Shown: piece by piece, positions 1 to 12,680 of the stretch
Position numbering within the stretch: the first letter of the stretch is position 1
How the letters are laid out: the number at the start of each line of letters is the position of its first letter
NCBI GenBank assembly: GCA_013239625.1
Contig: MU053758.1
Coordinates: 2,852,001-2,915,853, forward strand
DNA: 63,853 bases
Reading direction: 5' to 3'
Source: Lama guanicoe
Taxonomy: Eukaryota
Notes under the pieces: generated by a model
What the model saw: the letters and a program-made list of their open reading frames with translations, nothing else
Database searches by the model: none
What the model was told of the DNA's origin: nothing
Translations under genes and position numbers: made by a program

Positions 1-1069
1 TCCTTTGTGTCTGGAGCTTAGGGAGTGAGAGGCAGAGAGGTAGGAGGCAAGGCTTCAGAGAATGTGAGCTCTCCAAAAATACGGATAAATGGCACAGTGG
101 ATTTTGAGCTCAGCCTTTACAGTAGAGATTTTTTTTTCTGTCAGTTCTTTCCACAGGTAGTAGTTTACTACTGTTGATGCCAAAACCATCAATGTCATAA
201 AGAAATCTGATGCCTGTACAGTGGAATATGTTTTCTAAAAGAACTCCTGGATAAAGCCTGTTATTTTAGACTTGATTTTTTTTAGGTCCTGCAAATTAAC
301 TTATGTGGCTGGATTAGGACTTAGAATTTTAGGTTCCTGGGAATTGGTTTGGAGATCATTGAGGAGCAGTTCGTAGATTATGGGGGATGATGGGATTGTT
401 AGTTTGCCAGACCTACTATTTAGGAAACAGAAAACCTCTTCACTTCTGGGGAATATTGACTTTTTTTTTGTAAGCCTCCTGGGGCTGGAGAGAGAACACA
501 GATGTTCTTATTATGAACTAGTGAATATAATATTCTGTCACACTCATCATCTAGGCCATATGTCTTAACATGATGCCTGAGTCTTGTTGGACATATAAAT
601 GAATCAGGAGCCCAAGGGCCATTATAGCTCTGGATATATGAAAACATTTTTATCTGCAAGTGTATTAACTTTTGTTCAGAAATCACAGTACTCTTCCTCA
701 AAGCGCAGATGGTCCTGTTTGATTTAGTACCTTTCTTGTGTAATTGGATCAGCTTGCTCTGTTTTCATAACTTAAAGGAGGCTCTTGGTTTAGCAGACCA
801 TCACTAGTGATCAAGGAATGACAATGCACAGATTTTTCTAGCATTTCAGCAAGGCGCATCTGTGTATCTGATGGCTTAAGGGTATTAGGGTGAGAGAGAA
901 GAGACTCCTCGACAGTGAAAGTCACAGCTTTGTTATTAGACTATCTGTGGTGAGTTGGGACTTAATATATTATCTTTGAAATGAGGCATGACACGTCTGT
1001 CTCTCCATGTGAAGTCTAGATCAACATTTTATGGAGCATCTGCTTAAATTTTCTCTCAGGCCTTTTCTT

Positions 1070-1328
1070 TTTTTTTGTTTAATGGAGGTAGTGGGGATTG
1101 AACCAAGGCCCTCGTGCATGCTAAGCCTTTTTGTTTAATTAAAAAATTTTTTTTAAATTATTATTTTACTTATTTACTTTTAGGTTTTTGTTTTGTTTTG
1201 GGGGGGTAATTAGGTCTATTTAGTTATTATTATTTTTTAATGGAGGTACTGGGGATTGAACCCAGGACCTCATACATGCTGACCATGCACTCTGCCCCTT
1301 GAGCTAACCACCCCCACTGCCCCCCACC
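1070..1328 (-). mobile_element. Composite tRNA-derived SINE (camelid Vic-1-like): full copy plus truncated second body
   Basis: Two copies of the B-box segment (GGGGATTGAACC), at about 1093 and 1251. A 13-bp TSD CAGGCCTTTTCTT sits at 1057-1069 and 1329-1341. Confidence 0.85.
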
Positions 1329-2112
1329 CAGGCCTTTTCTTAATGGAGACTGATTTTTCCTTTCGTCTTACTGTTCTCTGTAGATGCTTTCTACTTTTAT
1401 ATTTGGGGTGTGCAAGTGAAGAAAGGCACATGTTAAGTCCAGGGCTAGTACTGTCAGCTGTGAGCAGCCTAGCGTGAGAAGAGCTGTTTTTTGTCATCAG
1501 TAACTGGATTCCAGCCTACCTTGTAATTGTCTTTTTACCTCATTAACAATTTCTTAGAACTTCTAAGTTGGTTATTTTTGGTTTTCTGTTAGTTGCATTA
1601 AATTGAAAACAAGACCTAAAAAGGGAGCTAAGATGATTGATTTTTTTAAGATGTAGCCCTCTATTTTTGTGCTGACCTTTGCAATTAAATTTTGGTCATG
1701 AATTTTCACGGCAGCCTGGAAGTTCCTGACATATTTGACCTGTGGTTGAGTGAGCTCTGGGGGTGGTGGACATTGTTTGGTTACACCCAGGCTGTGGCGG
1801 AGAGTCAGGTCACATTAGGCAGCCTGCTTCCATTAGAGCTGAATCTGAGACACAGGTTTTTGAATCAAGCATAATAGCCTTTTAATTATTTTGGTTTGTT
1901 TGGGATTTTCTACTTTCTTTAACTGCATTGGTAACAGATCTGGTATTGATCTTATTTTTTGAAATTTTGGTCAGTCTGAAGCTTGATTTTGTTTATGCAG
2001 TGTTAGATTTTTGGGGTGTTAGTAATTAAATTTTTAAAAATCAAAATGGTAAGAATACATAGTTTGAAGAGTTAAATAGTACTGTGAGTCTTGTAATTGA
2101 AAAAGCTGCTCC

Positions 2113-2250
2113 TGGAGGAGGGTATAGCTCAGTGGTAGAGTGCATGGTTAGCATGCATGAGGTCCTACTGGATTCAATCCCCATTAAATCCCTTCAGTAA
2201 AAAACAAAAAATTAAAAATAAATAAATAAACCTAATTACCGACCCCCCCC
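2113..2250 (+). mobile_element. tRNA-derived SINE (Vic-1-like)
   Basis: GGAGGGTATAGCTCAGTGGTAGAG A-box, GGATTCAATCC B-box and an AAATAAACCTAATTACC tail. TSD AAAAAGCTGCTCC at 2100-2112 and 2251-2263. Confidence 0.9.
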
Positions 2251-3099
2251 AAAAAGCTGCTCCATTTCTCCTTGTTTGTCCTCATTTTTAATACTTTTAG
2301 CATTTTTTTCCTGGTGTGTATTACCTTCATGTTTTTACGCGGTGTACTGTTATTTCTTGATTTGCCCATTCTTAGATCTTATCTTACCTATTGAATTTCT
2401 ATTATGGACACTGAATTTTACATTCTTATGCTGCTAGCCACCCTGAACCCTTCCAGCTGTCTGCCCAGCACTGATAGATCACAGTCTTGATTAAATCAGT
2501 AGCTTGTGTCTTTTTGTGTTATATATCAGGATTCAATCTGAAAAACAAGCCATTCTTGATATTACAAGGATTACCAAACGATTGGAAGGCCATGGAAGCA
2601 TAGCTCAGGGAAAGCCACATCGCAGGGATTGTACAGGGCTTGTAGGAAACTTCAGTCTTTAATAATCTTGGCTGCCTTAAACACCAAAGCAGGCAATTTG
2701 CAGAATATTGAAAACTGCTGCAAACCACATGACTGTCATCTGTCAGAGGCCACACAACTGCTCATTGCTACTGGAAGATCAATAATAGCATCTACTTTCT
2801 TCCATCTTTCCAGATCTTGAGTGAGTGACTTGTGTTGGTGGAATTTCAACCACAACCTCCCTCCTCTACCAAGAGTCCAGAAGGTGAATATTATCAAAAG
2901 AAGAAAAAAAATTAGGATCCAATAAAATGACTGTGTACTGTGATTACATTTCCTTCCTTACACTTTTCCCCCTAAATATAATAACCTTTTTTCTTTGCTT
3001 TGCTTAATTTACTGGAGTATCAATCATTAATTCATCCCTAAACTCGAATGGAAAGACCTCTTTTCAGAACATCCACATTAGTGGAGCCTCTTCCAGAGG

Positions 3100-4350
3100 C
3101 GTTGCGAAAAAGGATCCATAGGAGGGGGTGCATTTTTTGAGGCTTTATATATCTGAATCATCTTTTTTCTATCCTCACACTGGTTGGTAGTTGGGATATA
3201 AAATATTATGTTGGGGATCATATTTCTTTGGAAATTTTAAGACTTGCTTTGTGGTCTTCTAACTTTCAGTAATGGTATTGTGAAGTTTAATGGTATTCTG
3301 CTTGTGGATTTTTTTGTGTGGGATCTGTTTTTTCTCTGAAAGGTTTTGGGGTCTTGTCTTTATCTCTGATATTCTAAAATACAATGATGTACCTTGGGGT
3401 GGATATTAGAATTTAAAGGCATGGCATTCAGTGGATCTTTGCAGTCTGAAGCTTATTTCTATCTGTCCTGGAAATTTTTCTTGTATGATATCTCTTATTC
3501 TCTCTCTGATAATTTTTCTCTCTTCCCTCTTTCTGGGAACCCCTGATATCCAGATGGTGAAACTCCTAGACTGGTCCTCCAATTTTTTTTTTCTTATTTG
3601 CTATCAATTCTTTTTATTTGCAAGAAATTTACTTGGAATTTTATGTATTTTTGCATGTTATCAGGAATTCTGTTTTGATTATTTACTTTGATTCCTGTCT
3701 TTCATGTTAGAGGTTTTCTTGAAATGTCTGAAAATTTTTGGCTATCTGTTCGTTTTTAAGGATGAGGCATTAAAAAGCTGAGTGTGGAGCCCTGGCTCAT
3801 CAAGTGTGGGCAGCATTTTAGGGTGAATTGGCACTGGTTACTTTCCTCAGAGAGGACTCCTCCATTCTTTTGCCTGGAGAGTATAAGTCCAGCTGCAGGT
3901 ATTTTGGGAGACAAGTGGGAGAAGAAAGCTGGGGGTCGGGGACAAGTCTCATTGTTGAGTAAAATTTAGACTTTAACTTGATCCCCCTGTTTTCATTTTG
4001 CACTGCTGCCCATTGCTATGACTGTTCACTTGGTTCAGAGACCCTCTGGTTCAACTTCTCCCATCTGCCAGGCGCCATGGAGGAGGGGACAGAGGGGATA
4101 GAGGAATCTTATTTCTTATACAGACTTTCGACCAATTCTGTTTTAGCCCCTCCTACACTCCCTCCTCCAGAGCTACCAGGTGCCTCCAGTATCTGAGCCT
4201 TTTCTAAGATTCTTTAATAAGAATCTGCTTGCTTCTTTCCACTGCAAGCATATAGCATTTTCCTTTCTGTGAAGTTATCACCAATGCATCTGCTTTCTAG
4301 CTTCCAAATTTTGTTGACATCTCTCTTTATGCTGTTGTCTCCTTTCCCAT
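3100..4350 (-). mobile_element. Ancient degenerate L1ME/HAL1-like fragment
   Basis: T-rich, degenerate sequence resembling the antisense strand of old L1/HAL1. Family assignment is by eye only. Confidence 0.35.
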
Positions 4351-4402
4351 TTTGTGTGTGTGTGTATGTTTTAAGTTTATGCCTTAAAAAAACCCTTTTG
4401 TG

Positions 4403-4855
4403 AGGACGTGGTATATGTATATAATGGAATACTACTCAGCCATAAAAAAGAATGAAATGCCATTTGCAGCAACATGGATGGACCTAGAGATTACCTTACT
4501 AAGTGAAGTCAGACAGAAAGACAAAAACCATATATCACTTATATGTGGAATCTAAAAAAATGATACAAATGAACTTATTTAAAAAACAGAAAGAGACTCA
4601 CAGACGTAGAAAACAAGCTTATGGTTACCAAAGGGGAAAGGAGAGGGTGGGTTAAATTAGGACTTGGGGATTAACAGATACAAACTACTATATATAAAAT
4701 AGATAAACAAGGTCCTACCATACAGCACAGAACTATATTCAATATCTTATCATAACCTATAATGAAAAAGAATATATATTAACTGAATCATTATGCTGTA
4801 CACCAGAAAGTAACACAACATTGAAAATTTTACAATACTTTGAAATACTTCAAAT
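4403..4855 (+). mobile_element. L1 3' end (ORF2 tail and 3'UTR), 5'-truncated
   Basis: AATGGAATACTACTCAGCCATAAAAAAGAATGAAATGCCATTTGCAGCAACATGGATGGACCTAGAG is a diagnostic L1 3' sequence. Flanked by TTAAAAAA(A)CCC(C)TTT duplications. Confidence 0.88.
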
Positions 4856-5019
4856 TTAAAAAACCCCTTTGCTGTAATTTTAATGGTGTTTTATGAAGGA
4901 ACACTGATAAATAAATGCATACAACATATTCATATTTAACCATCTTATGCATCAGCTTTTCTTTGCTGATACCCATTCACGTAGCGTCCGCATGGCTGAT
5001 TACTAATACTCCTTTAGAA

Positions 5020-5218
5020 CAGTGTTTTCCAGGCTTCCTTGACAGCAAGGATTACTTAAGGTGCTCCTTGGATATATAGATTCCCAGATCTTTCTCCTGG
5101 AAAATTTTTGACTTTAATAGGTCTGGATTATGACCTAGAAATCTTTTTTGTGTTTGTTTGTTTTTAAAACAAATGTCCGAGGATGTGGTCTTATCTTGAG
5201 GCAAGTTTGGAAGCCCTG
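5020..5218. mobile_element. hAT-Charlie non-autonomous element (MER5/MER117-like)
   Basis: CAGTGTTTTCCA...TTTGGAAGCCCTG termini with an internal AGATTCCCAG/AGGTCTGG motif. Confidence 0.5.
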
Positions 5219-5710
5219 TTTCAGAAGAGTCTTCTAAACCGTTTATTGCTCTCCTGCGTCTCCAAGGCAGACTCCTTAGGCTTCCTCTAATACTGCTTTT
5301 GTATTCAGACTGTGTTTTTAGTCTGTCTAGCTTTGGTCTGGATTTCTAAATTAGAATGTGTGTCCTTCATCTGATTAAGTCCTCTCTTCTCTAGTTAAAT
5401 GCTGGCTGATGGTAATAATTTGGCCTTGTGTGACTCCATGTTTTTAGCCAACATTTCTAAACCCACTGGTTCCTGGGGTGTGTGGGTGGGGAGGAAATAT
5501 TAGTTATGAACATTGAGCTACTATGTGCATCATTTCTCTGTCCAAATCTAGGAATCTGGGTATTTTTTTTTAATGGAAAATTGACTCAAGCTTTAAAAAG
5601 AGATTTACTAATTATCTGCCTTAGATTTTGCAGCATCATTTTTGGAGATGTTAAAGCACTATGATTTGAAGTTTGTTTTTAACTTTGACAATATGAGTAG
5701 GCACATTCTC

Positions 5711-5862
5711 CTTTTTTTTGTTTTTTGTTTTTTTTGAGGGGGTGGGTAGTTAGGTTTGTTTGTTTGTTTGTTTTAATGGAGGTACTTGGAATAGAACACA
5801 GGTCCTCGTGCATGCTAAGCAGGTACTCTACCACTGAGCTCTACCCTCCCCCCCTGCCCCCA
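5711..5862 (-). mobile_element. tRNA-derived SINE (Vic-1-like)
   Basis: Reverse-strand body CTCTACCACTGAGCTCTACCCTCCCC with a T-rich tail on the + strand. Confidence 0.85.
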
Positions 5863-7879
5863 CCTTTTCTTTTAATTGACATTCTCTTCTTTTTATATTA
5901 TAGATTCCCAGGCCTGGGAGGGAAAAATGGCTGTATCTTTTACTGTCAGGATGTAAAGCGTTGGAAATGTGGTGTTTGCAGCCGCTCCTTGGTTGCTGTG
6001 AATCGCTTGGAGATCAGGGGCCAAATGGTCCCCGCCTTGGTAATGTTGCAGAGGCCTGGTGCATAGTGCCCTCGTGCTCCGTGGTGGGATGTCTTGGGGC
6101 TGATACTAGGTATACTACAGCCTGAGGAAGCCTTGTTGGCTCTGTCTGAGAGCTGAGTTACATTCTGAGATAAACAGCTCTATTGAAACAGCTCTGAAAG
6201 ATTTGTACAAGATTAATTGAAACAGTTTTGGTGAATGAAGTCACAAAAACAGGGCTAAGTCTAAAGTGTTATTGTCTTATTGATTGTTGATCACTGGCCA
6301 TGTTTTAAAGCACTGTAGCACTTTGAACTATTACTGATTTGTTGCAGTTGACTATTTTCTGTACATGGTCCCCCACCTGACCAGTGCTTCGGTGCTTTCA
6401 GTATAACAGGGTTTTCTCCTTGCTTTGAGGGATGTGGTAGAAGCTGGGGATGTTTGATGAGGTCATTCCCTGGTCTCTGGTTAGGATGATTTTCAGACAT
6501 TGTACTTACAGTTGTTCTTGCTAGTTCTCTCTAGTTGTCTTTTTAATGAAGCGATTCTTCACAGCTATGGTTATTTAATTGAACATAAGAGTAAACCTCT
6601 CATTGATTTGTCATCAGTTTAGATGCCAGGACTTGGCTGCTGGGTTGCCCCATATCTAGGAATAATAACCGATGGTACCTAGTATTTACCACATCAAGTG
6701 GTCTATGAATACGTAGGTTTCTGAGTTTATGTTTTTAGGGCTTTTGAAAAATAATCTGGGACAAAAGGAAAGAGTCATATTAGGGGGAAAGCTGCATTTT
6801 GGGATGGATGCTATGTTCTTATGTCAATATATAATTTGAAAAGGATTTTATCAGATAGTTACGTATCTTTCTTCTGCCTCCATTCTTTCCTCTTCCAGAA
6901 TTGCACGCTGCTTGTAACAGTGAAAAATCATTGATGTAAAGAGTAAAACTTCCAGGTTTAAGAAGTGCTAAGATTTTCAGTTTAAATAATCATGGTGTGC
7001 CTGTAATTTTTTTTGTTACTTGTTGAATCAATCAGATTTGCTGCATAGTTGAATTTCCACGATGGAAAATGTCTGCAATTGGAAAAGTGATATTTTTTTC
7101 CCTTTGTGGAGTAACCTTGGAATTTTAATTAATTCAGTTCTCCACATGGTAGAAATCTGTTTCACCAGAGGTTTGGCTGAACTGAATTTCATGGGGGAGG
7201 CAGTACCTTTTCCATTGAGAGAAGAGGGCTGTGGATTATTTTCAGACTATATAAAGCCTTTTTGTGAAGGGAGAGTGGTTAAATATGTATAACAAGAAAG
7301 TTTTTCTAGTCTGTTTTCTTATATTTTAGAGAAACCAGAAATGCTTTGGTGGAAACCTTCTAGTAGTGTAGCCTGCCCTAGGACACATGGGGGCGTGCTC
7401 ATAGTTCTGTGCTGACATCAGTTTCCACGTCATTCTAGAAACCTGTTTGGCTCCTGCCGTTCGTTAGTGCCCTGCAGTGGCATGTGTGTGCTCTGAGGGA
7501 GCTCCTGGCTCTGCTCCCACGTGGGCTTCTGTGACTTAGGAACTGGGTGCCATTATGCCACCGTGGTCCTGAGCTCCCGCTTCCCTGTACTGCCCCGCTT
7601 TTCAGGAGTAAAGTTGAAGGGCAGGTGGACGGGTAGGCAGATTACCGTCAGGTGACTTTCAACCCTGGAAGGCTTCTAGTTAGTGCCGAGGTCCCTAGCT
7701 GTGCTCAAGCCAACGAGAGATCAGGTACAGTCTGTGGGATTCATGACTGAGAACTGACGGAACTTACTTTGGGTGTGAAGCTGTTGGCTTTGGTATTCTA
7801 GGCACACTGGGTGGAGAAGGATCCTACTTCTGGATTTGGAGCATGGCCTGTAAGGTGCAGGTTTCATCTCCTCCCACTC

Positions 7880-8570
7880 CTCTCCTCACCCTGTTCTAGC
7901 TGCCCTTGTATTTTTGTTTGTTTGTTTACCAGTTCTCTAACACTTCAAGTTCATTCCCATCTCAGGAGGTTTTCCCTTTGTTGTTTGTTCACTCTTTTTG
8001 GAATGCTCTTTCCCTAGATGTTCATAGGACTTGGTCTGCTCATGGAGAGACCCCTTTGGAGAGCCAGCCCCCAGCCTCCACCCTCTTTGGATATAAAAGA
8101 ACACTTACCCTGCTCCTGCACTCTCCCTTTATGGTTCTCTTTTTTTCTTTCTCTTTATCGGTAACAGAGATATTGAGATTATATGTGTTTCCTTGTTTGT
8201 CTCTTCCACTAGAATGCAAACCCCAAGCCTGTAGAAAATTGTCTTATTCAGCCTCTAGAAGAGGATTTATCAACCTCAGCATTATTGGCATTTTTGGACT
8301 GGATAATTGTTGTGGGGGGGCTGCCCTGTGCATTACAGAATGTTTAGCAACATCCTTGTCTTTTATCCACTAGATGCCAGTAGCACCCCCAGTCATGACC
8401 GGCAGAGATGTCTATCTAGACACTGCCAAATGTCTCCCCGGCTGCAAGCTGTTGTTATAGAACAATGCTTTGAGATTTAGTGGGTGCTTAGTAAATATTT
8501 ATTGAATGGATTAAGTGGTGGGTGCTCAATAATTATTTATTGGACGATAGATGAATTCATGAATGATTAA
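7880..8570 (+). mobile_element. L2 3' fragment interrupted by MER20
   Basis: CCACTAGAATGCAAACCCC...GGTGCTTAGTAAATATTTATTGAATGG are L2 3'-end motifs. Confidence 0.55.
8260..8440 (-). mobile_element. MER20 (hAT-Charlie)
   Basis: TCAACCTCAGCATTATTGGCATTTT...CCACTAGATGCCAGTAGCACCCC...GACACTGCCAAATGTC is the reverse of the MER20 consensus. Confidence 0.8.
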
Positions 8571-11500
8571 ATTCAGCAAGTTAAAATATTTTGGAACACG
8601 GAACTACACATATATATAGCCTTGTGTTCCTTTCCTCTTTTCACAGATCTCTTCATTCTGCTGTCTTTTCCATTTCTGGTCCATCCTTCATTGTTTTTTT
8701 TTCTCCGCTCAGACTTGCTGGCTCTTTCAGACAACACTACTCTTAAATTTACTTCTGTTCAGTTCAACAAGTGATTATTGAGTCCCTATTCTATGCTTTA
8801 AAATAATAGGAAAGAACTGTAGAAGGATACAGTGCTGTCTGTGCTTAAGAGCTCATTGGATAAAATGAACATAGATACATGAAATTTTCCTCTAAAGTTT
8901 CTTAGTTCAAGGTGATGTCTAAACTGGTAGTAATGGACCACTGTAGGGTTATTTGAGTAGTACTTGTTAAGTGCTTATCAGAATGTGGTGATTGCTGTTG
9001 AATTTGGAATCCGGTTTTAACAAAAGTCCACCCATTCACTTTCTACTTATTTTTATTTCTTGCAGTTACCCTTGGTCTCTTGCTCTTAATTCTGTCTGTA
9101 ACATGACTGAGAAATGTGCCTTTAAAGTGGGCTTGCTCATTTTGAACTTGTATGATGGAAATGTTTCTGTGGTTTTATTGAATGGTTGTGAACAGCTGAT
9201 TCATCAATGGGTTTTTAGCATCCTTGCTTGGAAAGTGTTGCCACTCCACCTACATTAGGCAAGGCTTCTGGCTGGGGTGAAAATACACCAGACAAAAACC
9301 CCATTGTCTCTTATGTGACTTTCTTTGTCCTAGAGGAACTGATTTTTCTCTTTCTGCTGAACATTTATGTTCCATCTCTGATACTGTTAGGTTCCTTTTT
9401 AATTTGAACTGTGGGATCAGAAGAATTCCATTAGGGTGAACATCTGAAACTTTTTCCTCTTGAAGACACACACAACTGTCTTCTCTTTGGATTATCTGGA
9501 GACAGAGTAGGTAGAGCTAATAATGGTCTTTCAGAGAAATGTCTCTTTTACCTGTCTTTCTGTATATTGGGAAAAGTTTTAATAGGGTATTAAAGAATTG
9601 AACATGTATTTAAGAAAGGAGAGATAATTTTCTTATTGACATCCCCAATTCCTATTTATATGACTGATTCTTATAAGGTGAAACTAAGGCCCTTGAGACT
9701 TTGCTGAGGGATGCAACCTACTTAAAAAACTTTCAAAGTCAGTTTTTTTATTTTTCCTGTGGGATTTTGTTGGGTACTTCGGTACAAAAACTGTAATTTT
9801 ACTCTGTAATCAAAGCTGAGATCAAAGAAAAGTGCTGTTACCTGAGGTTTCTCAGCATGAAAGTGGATGGCATTAAGAGTGAGATTTAAAATAAATTTTT
9901 TTTTCTTTTTAAAGTAACTTGTGATTGAAACCTGAATTTTGTAACAGCAGAATGCCATCTGAATAAAGGCCTCACATTGTTGTGGTAACTAGGATACCTC
10001 TTAGATCACTTTAAATATTTGAAAAAAGCAACAACTAAATTGGATTCTTCATTTATCAAATGTAAAAGACAGTAGTCAGTGTCTTCATCCTCAGCAAGTT
10101 TCCTGCTTCTAAAATGTAGGAATATTTGGAAATTGAATAGAGAAATAGGTTTTGTCTTTTGAGGAACAGAAGAAAGCGCTTTTTGAAAGTGCATTGCTTG
10201 AATTTTATGGAGACTTACCTTTAAATTCTGTGATAAATCTGACATCAAGAAGACTTGAAATAATACTCTCTGATCTTTATTTCAAAGAAACTGACTCCTG
10301 AGGATGTGAAAAGCTTATTATATCATGGTTTTTAAGATGGGCTTAAGAAGGGAATGAAAATTACTGTGTTGCTAAACTAGAGAGAACCTCAGAATATTTC
10401 TGAAATCAAGGACTGGGAAGAACACAGATGGTAAGACTTGTAGTTCTAATTTAATCGATCAGAAAGGAAATGCTTACTGAATTTTATGGTGAATGTGGTT
10501 TTTTTTCTTTTTTTAGTTTTAGCCCAGGTTTAACTTCAGAAATGTTAGATTCTTAAAATTGCAATATACAGGGCTTCCAGAAGGCCTGAATTTGTCCTTT
10601 GATTACTTTGTCTTTTTATCATAAAACTTCATGAACTGTTTTTGGTTCATTTGTTCTTAACTCAAAGCAGTTCTCAAAGCAGACCCTCTGCACTGGATTA
10701 GTGCTTGTAGTATCAATCCTAAATTAGTATGAATAAAGCTTCTTTGGGGAATCTTCAGGGAAAGGGAAGTTGTATTCATTAAAATTTATATAAATTGATC
10801 TGCACTTGGAAAACATACAGAGATCTGTTTGTAGTCTATCACTGAGTTAGGAATTTGGAACCAGTTGAGTTCTCATTTGGGGAAAAATCGTAGAAAGTTG
10901 CTAAATCCAATCAACTTCCAGTGGAGATTTTTTCATAGTGATTAATGAAGTAGAAGGGGATCAGAAAACCTGAGTTTGGGTCCTAACTGTGCGCGTTACT
11001 CTTGAGTGGTCTTGGGGGTCACTCCTGGAGCTTCAGGGTCTTCACCTGTAAAATGGAAGAGATCCTGCTCTGCTGTAGTGCGTCATCCTGTACTCACAGT
11101 CACTGATAGGAGGGTGTCTTGCCTGCAGTCTTTCTGGAGGAAGAAGAAAGATCAAGAGCCCCTGCTGATAGTCAACTCGAAAATCAGTCACTTGGTGAAA
11201 GTGATTTTTTTTTTTTTGGTGGATCTGTTTTGAAATTGGAGTTTGAATTGAGCCTATTCTAAGAAGGCATCTTTGACTGTGGAATGGTCTTTTGCAGTGG
11301 GTGACTTAAAAAACAGATTTGCCTTGCTGGAGAATTACTGCTTTGCCTGTTCAGTGACATTCATTATCAGGCATAAGCTTGTCCCTTTAGGTCATTTCTT
11401 ACTCTGTCGTGTGTAGATTGGATCAACTGTGGATATGGAAAGAATTAGGGACTTGTCTGAATCTCTTTTCCAGGTCATTCTAGGAGACCATTTCAACCGT

Positions 11501-12680
11501 GACAAGGGCCAAAGTAGGCAGAACTGAAAACCCAGAAAAGGCAGGAACTGAGATGACTGGAGTTAGTTGTAAATGTTTGTTTCTGAATAGACGATTATTT
11601 TTTCTGTTTGCTGCTAGCTTTCTGTAAGAATGCTGTGGGGAGAGAGAGGAGAGAAGATTAAAAAGAAAAAACAGAATGCTGTGGGGACTTGAGTGAAACG
11701 GTCATAGTGAAGCCAGAGAATTCACATAGAAGGATGTTTTTTCATCTTCTCTATATGTTCTTTTATTTTAAACCCCTGCCTCTGGTGATAGATGTTCTGC
11801 TTATGAGGGTTTACTATTTTGATCAATTTTTCAAGCCTAGTATGTTAGATCCCTGACAAATAAAAGACTAGACTTAGCTCTGAAACCAGAAGCGAGAAGT
11901 TATTTCCCTTAGAGGGGAGTCAGCTGCTCGTTCCTTGAAGTGAGTTCAGACACCATTCCCCATGGGAACCACCTTGCCACTCTGCTGTCCAGTTCTTTGT
12001 CTGTGGTTGCAGCAGAAAGCTTTGCTGGGCAGCCAGCCCTTAGTGGCATTACACTGGAAGGAGTTTGGATTTTGAAGACATTCACAGTCATGTTTTTGAT
12101 CATTCTGCTCGCCTACAAAGATTCATGGTTTTACAGAACCTTTGGAATATTTGCCCTTTCCTGTCATCTTTCCCAGGGCATTGAGAGAAGTGTTTAAGTG
12201 GTTACTTCTGTATTCACAGAAAGATTTTGATCACTCCTGTAAAGAGCTCAGAATCAAACCTCTGCAGTTACTTTGGCTTTAGTTTTTGGGGATTCAAGAA
12301 GTGGAATTTCAAAAAATTAGTGGGATTTCCTTGGTGTGACTTTTTGGAGGTAGTTACTGTTCTTGAGTTTTGGTTTTCTCTTTGTCGCCTACTTTAATGT
12401 CTTAGGGTAAGAGTTCCTTGGCTTGAGTCTCATATGTAAAATCAGGACCACTTATAGACTATAATAAGGAGAGAGCGGTATAGTTTTTGAGCGTTAAGTG
12501 TTAAGCCACTGAGAAGTAGCTGAATTCTCACATGGTATTTATGCTCTGATCACATTCCAGGGATGTGACTATACCAAGGGTTGGTAAACTTTGGCCCATG
12601 AGTCAGATCTGGTCCATGGCCTGTTTTGTATGACCCAATGACTCAGTAGTTTTTACATTTTAAAAATATTGTAAAAATAA

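Noticed and set aside
2113-2190. tRNA-like sequences (also at 44592-44660 and the minus-strand copies)
   Set aside because: They have A-rich tails, TSDs and divergent bodies, so they are tRNA-derived SINEs and not tRNA genes.
5725-6066. 113-aa ORF and a strong-looking acceptor at about 5903
   Set aside because: The ORF starts inside an antisense SINE and has no recognisable homology. I could not support a convincing exon without transcript data.
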